A stretch of 64,000 nt of DNA, taken from assembly GCF_009914755.1 (NCBI RefSeq), contig NC_060947.1; one strand, written 5' to 3'. Each line of letters begins with the position of its first letter. The stretch's first letter is position 1. The DNA comes from the human T2T-CHM13v2.0 reference genome, Homo sapiens. The notes under the pieces are model-generated. The model was not told the DNA's origin. It made no database searches and was given only the letters and a program-made list of their open reading frames with translations. Positions 28,820 to 39,849 of the stretch are shown piece by piece. Both the position numbers and the translations under genes were made by a program.

Positions 28820-30503
28820 CTGTGAGAAAGAGCAGAGGTAAGATGATACTTCCAAGAAAGACCACTAGAGTCTCAGGTCGAAGTGCCCCAAATCCTGCAT
28901 CCCATGTTCAGGTGGGATGGACATCTGGAAGCCCTTCCTGCCTTTGGTGAGTATTCTATTGTGGTTTCCGCTGGTAATTACAGCCTCACTGGCCAGGACC
29001 ACCTCCCTGCCAGGCCCTTTGCTAAGTGCTTTGCATGCATCATCCCACTGAATCATCCCAATTTTGTGAGGCAAGTACTATTTATTACTGGGCCCATTGT
29101 CAGGAGAAGGACACCATGACTTCAGAGATATTAATTACGTTCTCTAAGACTGGCCAGGATTTATACTTAAGCCCAAACTCTTCCTGTTCTTTGCTGCCGC
29201 TAATCTCTCTGCTTTTGTGGCAGGAGTCATAACTCCTTTCTGAGGAAGCTTGGTTGAGATGTTATCAGGAGAAAAGCATGTAAAAATCCTTTTTGAACGT
29301 TGTTTCTGACAACTCACTACTAAATTTACAATTAAAATTAATTTATGCAGACAATATACTCTACAAATGACAAGTATTACATACATACATGTTGTTATCA
29401 CCCCTTTGCATGTAATACGGCACTTAAAGAAGGGAAGTGATTTGCTTAAGGACAAGAATTGCATGTGTGTTGGGGAAGAAGAGACCTGATTTCTCTGCCC
29501 CTAGCAGAGCATTGTGATTTAGGTTACTAGAAGTATTACATAAATGGCTGCCTCGCTAAACAACTTTTTGCTCTATCATTTCCTGGTTATTTCAGATGTC
29601 ATGTCATGCTGAAGCTTTTAAACTTAATAATTAGAGTTTGTTTGTAGTGCCCGAAGGTTGCAGACACAGCTGCGAGTCAGAATGTTTTATTTAAAATGCC
29701 GTCAGGAAGACCCATGCTGTTTTTAAATGAGTCCCTTCTGAAACTGGGTTTAGGAGCTTGTTTCTGAAGTTCATTGATCTTCAATTTTGATATGGAGAAA
29801 ATAATACATCCAAAGACCACCTTTCAGAGTGGTCAACTTTTGACGTTACAAGGATTGAGTAGGAGGTTGAATGCTCTAGGGCCCTTTCTGTGACATATCC
29901 TCCTTGTCAGAGGGGCAGGGGTTATCACTATTATGAATACAGTTTAATATTAATGATGTTAAATTAATATTTGCTTTGTTTTTCCTGTGCTTAGTGATAG
30001 AGCAGAATTAAAGTTGGTTTTTGATCTTTTAATATCTGAATGTCTTTTTAACTTGTCTCAAAATTGGTCAGTTTAAGAAAATAACATGTAGTGTTAAATC
30101 TATTCCTCATTGAGGATTTATTCCACTCTGGAATGAGTGGTGAGGGAGGTTGTGAGATCATCTTCCCCGTGAGTGTTTAGAAACAGACTGGAGAAATCAA
30201 ATGGTGTAATATAGGGCAACCCTGCAAAGCTCAGTGGGTATGTCTCCTGGAAAAGGCCAGAGAGGAAGGCAGATTGGGAGGTGTGAAAAAAAGGCTGGCC
30301 TTGTGATTGAGACCACCATACTAAATGAGGCAGCAGGTCAAGGGGAACACTGTGCAGTTGTTGCCCTCCCTCTGACCTCTGGGGTTCCAGACACCCACTG
30401 ATGCCCTGCTAAGCTGGACTTGATACTCAACAAGGGTCGCATTTTGCTCTGTCAGGCTGCAAAGGCCCTTTAGATCAGGATGTGGTCCTACCTTCTTTAG
30501 TTC

Positions 30504-31793
30504 TGTGTCCGGAATTGGTGGGTTCTTGGTCCCACTGACTTCAAGAATGAAGCTGCGGACCCTCGCGGTGAGTGTTACAGCTCTTAAGGCGTTGCGTCTG
30601 GAATTGTTCGTTCCTCCCGAGTTGTTCCTTCTGACGTTCAGATGTGTTCGGAGTTTCTTCCTTCTGGTGGGTTCGTGGTCTTGCTGGCTTCAGCAGTGAA
30701 GCTGCAGACCTTCGTGGTGAGTGTTACAGCTCATAAAGGCGGCGTGGACCCAAAGAGTGAGCAGTAGCAAGATTTATTGCAAAGAGCAAAAGAACAAAGC
30801 TTCCACAGTGTGGAAGGGGACCTGAGCGGGTTGCCACTGCTGGCTCGGGCAGCCTGCTTTTATTCTCTTATCTGGGCCCACCCACACCCTGCTGATTGGT
30901 CCATTTTACAGAGAGCCGATTGGTCTGTTTTATAGAGAGCTGATTGGTCTGTTTTGACAGGGTGCTGATTGGTGCGTTTACAATCCCTGAGCTAGACACA
31001 AAAGTTCTCCACGTCCCCACTAGATTAGCTAGATACAGAGTGTCGATTGGTGTATTTGCAAACCTTGAGCTAGACACAGAGTGCTGATTGGTGCATTTAC
31101 AAACCTTGAGCTAGATACAGAGTGCCGATTGGTGCATTCACAATCCCTTAGCTAGACACAAGGGTTCTCCAAGTCCCCACCAGACTCAGGAGCCCAGCTG
31201 GCTTCACCCAGTGGATCCTGCACCGGGGCTGCAGGTGGAGCTGCCTGCCAGTCCTGCGCCGTGCCCCTGCACTCCTCAGCCCTTGGGTGGTCGATGGGAC
31301 TGGGCACCGTGGAGCAGGGAGCAGTGCTCGTCGGGGAGGCTCGGGCTATGCAGGAGCCCATGGCAGGGTTGTGGGGAGGCTCAGGCATGGTGGGCTGCAG
31401 GACCTGAGCCCTGCCCTGCGGGGAGGCAGCTAAGGCCCGGCGAGAAATCGAGCATAACAGCTGCTGGCCCAGGTGCTAAGCTCCTCACTGCCTAGCGCTT
31501 GTGGGCCAGCCGGCCGCTCCGAGTGCAGGGCCTGCCGAGCCCACACCCACCCGGAACTCGTGCTGGCCTGCAAGCACCACGTGCAGCCCCAGTTCCCGCC
31601 CGCGCCTCTCCCTCCACATCTCCCCGCAAGCCAAGGGAGCCGGCTCCGGCCTCGGCCAGCCCAGAGAAGGGCTCCCACAGTGCAGCGGCGGGCTGAAGGG
31701 CTCCTCAAGTGCGGCCAGAATGGGCGCCGAGGCCAAGGAGGCACCGAGAGTGAGCAAGGGCTGTGAGGGCTGCCAGCACGCTGTCACCTCTCA
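30504..31793 (-). mobile_element. 3' LTR12 of the provirus (1290 bp)
   Basis: LTR12 termini, CCAAT repeats, AATAAA elements. Confidence 0.95.
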
Positions 31794-31805
31794 ATCCCCC
31801 CTCTA
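31794..31805 (-). promoter_or_regulatory. Polypurine tract
   Basis: Minus strand AGAGGGGGGAT immediately before the 3' LTR. Confidence 0.85.
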
Positions 31806-31909
31806 AACAGGACACCCTAACTGCTGTTGGGAATTTGGCCGATGACCGCTCTAGCCTCCAGAGGGGAACTCTCTAGGCCAGGGGAAGTGCCAGCAGGTCA
31901 GTCGGTCCA

Positions 31910-32678
31910 GGGGTCCTCAGTAGAAGTTGTTAGTTGAACTCATTTGGGGTTCCATTTGTAAGACCATCTGTAGCTTGATGGCCTCGATTCTAGAGGAAAC
32001 AAATTTGACAAGAAGGTTAAAAATACAGGGCCCAAAGGTGAGTAACAGCAAGATGGCTGCCAAGGGACCTAGAAAGGGGAGAAGCCATGTTGCCCAGCTC
32101 CAGAGGTTGGTATAAGAATTTGAAAGGCATTGTCTGATTTCAGAAGCCTTTTCCTGTAAATGCCGGGCGGCATCTCATACTATCCCTGACTGGTTAGTGT
32201 AAAAACAACACTCTTCCCCTAAGAAGGTGCAGAGTCCTCCTTTCTCAGCAGTGAAGAGGTCTAGGCCTCAGCGGTTTTGGAGAGTCACTGCTGCCAAAGA
32301 GTCTATTTGGGATTGTAAAGTAAGAGTAGATTTCATTATTTCTTGCAAACTGTCTGAGAAATCCTTTGAGAGTGTGTGGTAGTAGGATAATGAAGTAGAT
32401 AAACTGGCTGTTCTGGTTCCTGTAGCAGTAGCCATTCCTAACCCTATAAGTAGGGGTATTAGTTTTATGGCTCTGTGCTGACAGACTTGAGCTTTGAGGC
32501 GTACTGATAGAGTCTGATTTCCTGGGGCAATGTTAATGTTGGGACTTAGAAAGACTAAGGTGCAGGTGCCTGTCCAGTTAGTGGGGAGGCAGATATAGGT
32601 CGATGTTCCACATACAAAGAACATGCCTTGGCTGGGTAGACAGAACTTTACCCTGGCTTTTAAAGGAGTAGGGTACAC
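31910..32678 (-). pseudogene. env: env remnant (SU C-terminus plus TM)
   Basis: Fusion peptide AIKLIPLLIGLGMA, immunosuppressive domain [26 protein letters not shown] (CX6CC), TM helix; TGA stops consistent with CGA decay. Confidence 0.92.
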
Positions 32679-32680
32679 TG

Positions 32681-32870
32681 TTTTTTTCTTTACTATTTCT
32701 TTCTCTCTCTCTCTTTGACTTCTTCTTTGTCTCTTCCTCTCTTTTTAACTCTCTCTTTGACTTTCTGTGTCTGTCCCTCTTTGTCTCTGACTCCTTCTCT
32801 TTGTCTCTCTGTTTCTTCCTCACTCTCTCTCTTTCTCTGACTTTCTTTTTCTCTCTTTTCTTCTTGCTGG
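32681..32870. repeat. CT/AG-rich low-complexity tract inside the provirus
   Basis: (CT)n-like pyrimidine run between RNaseH and env. Confidence 0.9.
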
Positions 32871-32929
32871 TCTTTCCCTACCTGTGCCAGCCACTTATGC
32901 TGCTGTTCTCCCCTCTTCTTCCCATTTTG

Positions 32930-35125
32930 ATGGCTTTGGCAGTGTAAGAGTGCCACCTCCTTGTGTTTTTGCATTGCATGCAATAACTTTATAATTTCCT
33001 TGTGGTATTTAATGGGGGTTCCCCCAGAGGTTAGGAACTCCCTCTCTTTCCATATTGCAGCATGGGCATGCAGGATTAGATAAGCATACTTGCTATCTGT
33101 ATACACATTTATTCTTTTTCCCTTTCCCAGTTCTAAGGCTCAGATAAGTGCCATTAGTTCTGCTAACTGGGCACTGGTCCCTGGGGGAAGAGGCTTACTT
33201 TCAAGTATGGTTACATCACTAACTATGGCGTAACCTGCCCTTCGTATCCCATTCTCCACAAATGAACTTCTGTCGGTATATAGGTTAAGGTCAGGATTAG
33301 TTAAGGGGACTTCTAAGAGATCATCTTGGGCGGCATAAGTCTGGACTATAATTTGTTGGCAATCATGCTCAATTGGTTTCCCATCCTCTGGGAGAAAAGT
33401 GGCAGGGTTGAGGGCCACACACGTGCGTGTTTGAAGCACCAGTCCCTCAAGGAGTGGTGCCTGTTATCTAAGTAAGCGGTTGTCTGATAGCCATAAACTT
33501 CCTTTGGCACCTAGTATACCATTTACATTATGAGTAGTCCAGACAGTGAGATCCTTTCCTTGTATTATTTTGATAGCGTCTGACACTAAGATGGCCACTG
33601 CTGCAACTACCCTTAAACAGTGAGGCCAGCCTTTTGCTACTACATCAATTTCCTTACTTAGGTATGCCACTGGTTGTGGGGTTGTCCCACAAGTCTGAGT
33701 AAGGACTCCAAGAGCTATCCCGGCTCTCTCTGTGATGTATAAAGAGAAGTTTTGTCCTGTGGGAAGGCTTAAAGCTGGAGCTTGTACTACGGCCTGCTTT
33801 GAGGTTTTGAAGGCCGTTTCTGCCTCTGGTTCCCATTCTACTAGATGAGTATTTGCCTTCTGTATTTCCATGATTAGAGTATAGAGGGGCCTGTCTACCT
33901 CACTGTATCCGGGGATCCATAGTCGGCAAAAGCTGGTAATTCCAAGGAACCCCTGCAACTGTTTTAATGTCTTAGGGTGAGGGTAAGCCAGTATAGGCTG
34001 TATTCATTCCTTACTGAGGGCCCTGGTCCCTCTGGCTAAGATTAGGCCTAGATATTTGACCTGCTGTAGGCAAAGCTGGGCCTTCGGCCTAGACACCTTG
34101 TACCCTTGATTAGCTAGAAAGTTCAAGAGAGCTAGAGTAGCCTGCTGGCATGAGGCTTCTGAACTGGTAGCCAAAAGTAAATCCACATATTGAAGGACCT
34201 CAGTGCCTGGACTTAAGAAGTGGCCTAGATCTTGGGCCAGTGCCTGACCAAACAGATGAGGGCTATCCCTAAACCCTTGGGGCAAGACCGTCCACATAAG
34301 TTGGGACGTGTGGTCTGTGGGATCCTCAAAGGCAAAGAGGAACTGGGAGTCAGAGTGCAGGGGAATACAGAAGAAGGCATCCTTGAGGTCCAGAGCCGTG
34401 AACCATTCTGCTTCCTCTGGTATTTGAGAGAGCAGGGTATAGGGATTGGGTACAACTGGATATAGAGGAATTACTGCCTCATTGATGAGTCTAAGATCTT
34501 GCACTAGTCTCCACTGACCATTCGGTTTTTGCACTCCTAGAATTGGGGTGTTGTAGGGACTGCTGCATTTCCTTACTAAGCCTTGAGCTTTCAAATGTTT
34601 AACAATATTCTGTAATCCTTTATTAGCTTCAGGCCTTAAGGAATATTGTCTTTGATAAGGAAAAGTGGTGGGGTCTTTTAGCCTGATTTGGACTGGGTGG
34701 GCATTTTTTGCCCTTCCAAATTGTCCTTCCAATGCCCAGACTTCAGGGTTGATTCCCTCCTCAAGTAGGGGACAACAAATGGGTAACTTGTTCCCCATAT
34801 TCATGTAGATAATAGCTCCAGCCTTGGCTAATATATCCCTCCCTAATAAGGGTGTGGGACTTTCAGGCATAACAAGAAAGGCATGTGAGAAGAGCAAAGT
34901 CTCCCAATTACAACTGAGGAGGTGGGAGAAATACCTGGTTACAGGCTGTCCCAGGATTCCTTGGATGGTAACGGACCTTGAGGACAGTCATCCAGGATAG
35001 GAGATTAACACTGAGAAGGCCATGCCAGTGTCCAGGAGGAAGTCAATTTCCTGGCCCTCAATAGTTAAACATACCTGGGGCTTAGTGAGGGTGATGACAT
35101 GAGCTGGTGCTTGCCCTGGGCACCC
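32930..35125 (-). pseudogene. pol: pro-pol remnant (protease, RT, RNaseH; no integrase)
   Basis: FLLDTG protease; WRLVQDLR, LDLKDAFF, LPQGFRDSP, YVD-LLL RT; YTDSKYA and HCQSHQ RNaseH; stops and frameshifts. Confidence 0.93.
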
Positions 35126-36583
35126 TCAGTCCTGTTGTTGGATCATCTGGCTGGGGGCTTCTGACCCAGGGAATCTTCATCCTCTGGGGCAGTGCACCTT
35201 CCAGTGATTGCCTCTGCATAGTGGACATGGATGAGGGGGCAGCTTGTTTCTCACTGGACAATCTTTTTTGAAGTGTCCTAGTAAACCACACTGATAACAA
35301 GCCCTACCAGGTGATTGGCCTGCTCCATTTTCTGTCCTCTCTGAACCACCAAGGTTTGATTGTGTGAGGGCCACGACTAAGGCTGCAGCCTTTCTCTGAT
35401 CTCACTTTTCCTTTTGGGCCTGTTCCTCTTGATCCCTGTTATAGAACACCGAGGTTGGCAGGTTTAATAATGCCTCTAGATTCTGTTCAGGGCCCAGGGC
35501 TTGCTTTTGGAGCTTTCTCCTGATATCTGCAGCTGATTCAGTAGTAAACTTATCTTTTAGAATCAATTGACCCTCGAGTGATTTGGGTGACAGGGGAGTA
35601 TATTTTCTTAAGGCCTCTCGTAGCCACTCGAGGAAGGAAGAAGGATTTTCTTCCTTTCCCTGAGTTATGGTGGACATCATTGAATAATTCATGGGCTTCT
35701 AATTCTCCTTAGTCCTTCTAGAATACGGGTCAACAGATGTTTATGACTCCAGTCCCCATGATCTGAGTCAAGGTCCCAGTGCGGATCCATACTGGGGATG
35801 GCTTGCTGACCGGTAGGGAATTTGTCCCTTTCTTCAGCTGTCATTCTATTATTTACTTGACTAAGATACCAGGTATCTCCAAACTCTCAGGCTGCACCTA
35901 AAGCCACATTCTTTTCATTAAAGGCCAGGGTTTGATCTAACAGTAGCATGACATCTCTCCAAGCGAGGTCGAAGGTTTGCCCTAGACCCTGTAGGACATC
36001 TGTGTACCTATCAGGATCATCTGAAAACTCCCCGAGGTCTGCCTTGATCTGCTTTAAATCAGAGAGGGAGAAGGGGACATGTACCTGGGTTGGGCCAAAT
36101 TCCCCTCCCCCTAACAGCTTGAAGGGGACATAACCGATAGTCCGGGGGTTTTTGTGGTCCTTTGGAGATTTCTTTGCTTGTTTCCTTCTGGGCAGGGGAG
36201 ATTAGAGGAGGCTTATCATTAATAGGAAGGGGAGCTATAGGGAGGCTAGGATATGGGGGTAAGCTGAGAGGTCCTCCTGTGGGATGTAAATTGTAAGCTT
36301 TGCATGGTTGTGTATTCTCCCTCAATGAAAAGAAAGCTTGGACATAAGGTATTTCACTCCATTTGCCTTCCCTCTTACAGAAAAGGTCAAGCTGCAGGAT
36401 AGTATTGTAATTTGTACTTCTCTCAGGTGGCCATTTTTCCCCATCAGAGAGAGAATATTGGGGCCAAGGCGTAGTGCAGAAAAAAATGAGCCACCTCTTT
36501 TTCAGGGTTTGTGGGTCAAATTGGTCCCAATGGCTTAGGATGCATTTCAAGGGTGAGCCTGTTGATGCCTGAGTGTTTCCCAT
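35126..36583 (-). pseudogene. gag: gag remnant
   Basis: MGNTQASTGSPLKCILSHWDQFDPQTLKK matrix; QGKEENPSSFLEWLREAL major homology region; CYQCGLLGHFKKDC zinc knuckle; frameshifted. Confidence 0.93.
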
Positions 36584-37720
36584 CTGAAAGACAAAACCGC
36601 CCGCAGTTTTGGTTTGTTTCTCCCCCTGCCCAAGAACCTGCAACGTTCCCTGGACCCTGCTGATCGGAATAGTTGTGCTCACTGATGCAGCAGCAGAAAC
36701 ACTAGTTTTCCTCCCAGACCACATGGAGGACCGAAGAAGGTCGGATTTAGTGGCCCTCACTGACGCATTCTCGAAAACCTGCACCCTTGCCTGTCCTCCT
36801 AGACCACAAGGAGGACCGACGAAGAAAAATCAGATTTAGTGGCCCTTACCGATGCATTCTCGAAAATCTGTTAGAGTCCTAAGCATTCTCCTGTTAGTAC
36901 TGGGATTTTACCCCTGTCCTATAAAGGTGTTATGCCCCAAAAATGAAGTGGAGGGCCATGCCCTGAGGGAGGGAAGGGATCTCCACGGTTGGAAGAGTGA
37001 CACCTTTTGTCCTCACTTATATGAACGGGAAGGATACAATTTCTGAGGCTCCCCATATCCTAGCTTCAGGAATAGCTTTTGTTAGGCCTATTAGTCTGAG
37101 GAGAGGAGGGATCATAAAATTCCAGGTAGTCCCCACTATGACGGGGCTTTGGGCAAAAGTTATGTCTTTCTGATTGGTGAGCCTGGGTTCCTAAAGAAGG
37201 TAACAGTCCTGGAGTTTATACTAGAAATCATACTTATAGGAGAAACTAGAAAAGCACCAGAGACAGGTAACAATTTTTAGAAGCGGGACTAACCTCGGAG
37301 AAGAGAGGCGAGAGGAAGTTTGTCTGGCAGGCATTAGGACCCAGGGGGCAAAGGTCAGGATAGATAGGATAGATGGGCGAGTCTCGCTTGGGCAACATGC
37401 CTTTGAGAGTTCCGCTCATGGCCGCAGGGTCAACCAACTTGTCGTTGGGACCCTGGAGCTGCATGGGTTTCCTCTCTGTCGACCCTCGGCTCAGCCCAGA
37501 AGTACAGGAAAAGTGGAAGCTGGTTCTAGGCAAACCAACGCTCCTAACTCCGAAGAGTCGGGGGTTGTTAGAGAGCCCTTTCCCAGAAAGCCTGACACCT
37601 GTGTCTGTAGTCCGGTGGCCGCGCTAGTCGCTTTTAACTGGCCGACAGGCGCCCGGTATTTAGCCTCCGAATTCTAAGGAAAAATAGGACAGAATAGCAA
37701 GCGAAAGGGGTCCGATGGTA

Positions 37721-37814
37721 CTCACTGCTTGGCGATAGGCGATAATCTCTCCGCTCAGTGATAGGCGATGGTCTCACCACTTGGCGATAGTCTCACTGCT
37801 TGGCGATAGGCGAT
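37721..37814. repeat. Short tandem repeats in the ERV9 leader (ctcactgcttggcgatag-like units)
   Basis: About four imperfect copies adjacent to the PBS. Confidence 0.75.
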
Positions 37815-37815
37815 G

Positions 37816-37833
37816 GTCCCTTCGTGGTCACCA
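37816..37833 (-). promoter_or_regulatory. Primer-binding site, tRNA-Arg
   Basis: Minus strand TGGTGACCACGAAGGGAC, one mismatch to the tRNA-Arg(UCG) complement TGGCGACCACGAAGGGAC, 3 nt from the 5' LTR. Confidence 0.88.
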
Positions 37834-37836
37834 AAA

Positions 37837-39636
37837 TGTGTCCAGAATTGGTGGGTTCTTGGTCTCACTGACTTCAAGAATGAAGCCGCAGACCCTTATG
37901 GTGAGTGTTATATTTCTTAAAGGCGGCGTGTCCGGAGTTTGTTCCTTCTGATGTTCAGATGTGTTCGGAGTTTCTTCCTTCTGGTGGGTTCGTGGTCTTG
38001 CTGGCTCAGGAGTGAAGCTGCAGACCTCCACGGTGAGTGTTACAGCTCTTAAGGCAGTGCGTCTGGAGTTTGTTCCTCCTGGTGGGTTTGTGGTCTCACT
38101 GGCTTCAGGAGTGAAGCTGCAGACCTTCGTGGTGAGTGTTACAGCTCATAAAGGCAGTGTGGACCCAAAGAGTGAGCAGCAGCAAGCTTTATTGCAAAGA
38201 GAGAAAGAACAAAGCTTCCACAGTGTGGAAGGGGACCCGGGCGGATTGCCACTGCTGGCTCAGGCAGCCTGCTTTTATTCCCTTATCTGGCCCCACTCAC
38301 ATCCTACTGATTGGTCCATTTTACAGAGAGCCGATTGGTCCATTTTGACAGGGTGCTGATTGGTGCGTTTACAATCCCTGAGCTAGACACAGAGTGCTGA
38401 TTGGGGTATTTACAAACCTTGAGCTAGATACAGAGTACGGATTGGTGCATTTACAATCTCAGCTAGACATAAAGGTTCTCCAAGTCCCCACCAGATTAAC
38501 TAGATACAGAGTGCCGATTGGTGCATTCACAAATCCTGAGCTAGACACAGGGTGCTGATTGGTGTGTTCACAAACCTTGAGCTAGATACAGAGTGCTGAT
38601 TGGTGTATTTACAATCCCTTAGCTAGACATAAAGATTCTCCAAGTCCCCACCAGACTCAGGAGCCCAGCTGGCTTCACCCAGTGGATCCCACAGGGGGCC
38701 GCAGGTGGAGCTGCCTGCCAGTTCCGCCCAGTGCGCCTGCACTCCTCAGCCCTTGGGCAGTCGATGGGACTGGGCACCCTGGAGCAGGAAGCGGCACTCC
38801 TCCGCAAGGCTCCTGCGCACAGGAGCCGACGGCCGGGGCAGGGGGAGCAGGCGGGGGGGCGGGGAGTGGGGCTGGGGTGAGGGGGCAGCGGGGGGGGCGG
38901 GGGGTGGGGGGGCGGGGGGCGGGGGGTCGGGGGTCGGGGGGGCGGGGGGCGGGGGGGGCGGGGGGGCGGGGGGTGTCGGTGGTCGGGGGGGGGCGGGGGG
39001 TCGGTGGTCCGGGCGGGGGCGGGGGGGCAGCTGGGGCGGGGGGCGGGGGGGGGCGGGGGGGGGCGGGGGGGCGGGGGGGGGCGGGGGGGGCGGGGGGGCG
39101 GGGGGGCGGGGGGCGGGGGGGCGGGGGGGGGGCGGGGGGGCGGGGGGGGCGGGGGGGGCGGGGGGGCGGGGGGGCGGGGGGGCGGGGGGGGCGGGGGGGG
39201 CGGGGGGCGGGGGGGGTGGAGGCTCGGGCATGGCGGTCTGCAGGTCCCAAGCCCTGCCCCACAGGGAGGCAGCTAAGGCCTGGCAAGAAATGGAGCACAG
39301 CAGCTGCTGGCCCAGGTGCTAAGCCCTTCACTGCCCGGGCCTTGCGGGCCCACCGGGCCACTCCGAGTGCAGGCCCGCTGAGCCCACGTCCACCCGGAAC
39401 TTGCGCTGGCCCGCAAGCGCCGCACGCAGCCCCAGTTGCCACCGGTGCCTCTCCCTCCACACCTTCCCACAAGCTGAGGGAACCGGCTCTGGCCTTGGCC
39501 AGCCCAGAAAGGGGCTCCCACAGTGCAGCGGTGGGCTGAAGGGCTCCTCAAGCGCGGCCAGAGTGGGCGCCAAGGCCGAGGAGGTGCGGAGTGCGAGGGA
39601 CGGCTGCGAGGGTTGCCAGCTCGCTGTCACCTCTCA
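37837..39636 (-). mobile_element. 5' LTR12 of the provirus (1800 bp, includes G-rich expansion)
   Basis: LTR12 termini, seven enhancer units with CCAAT boxes, TATA-like AATAAAAG near 38275. Confidence 0.95.
38835..39216. repeat. G-rich tandem repeat, approximately (G5-9C)n, purest from ~39033
   Basis: Directly visible; absent at the homologous position in the other two LTR12s. Confidence 0.95.
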
Positions 39637-39849
39637 GTTCCACAATAGAGCCATGATTGGACTCAAAAAGACCCCTCTTTTCTGGGATCCATACATTTTC
39701 TGGGCTCCATTAGGTCCTGCTTAGGTAGTGCTCAGGGGTCCAGGGAGGGTGGAGAGCCTGTATTGGGGTGGAACCCTTTGACTCGACAAGCTAAGGGCTA
39801 CGTTGAAGTGGCTTATCTGCACTCCTAGTTCCAGAGACAGTAGTTATCT

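Larger units (their letters stand above)
30504..39636 (-). mobile_element. HERV9/ERV9 provirus with two LTR12s; defective
   Basis: LTR-PBS-gag-pro-pol-env-PPT-LTR order; TSD GTTC at 30500-30503 and 39637-39640. Confidence 0.96.

Noticed and set aside
31910-32678. Syncytin-like domesticated env
   Set aside because: Signal peptide and most of SU are missing, the furin site is degenerate and there are stops in the ISD and TM.
38675-39539. 265- and 285-aa Pro- or Gly-rich ORFs as genuine CDS
   Set aside because: A by-product of the G/C repeat lacking stops; kept only as a speculative translation hypothesis.
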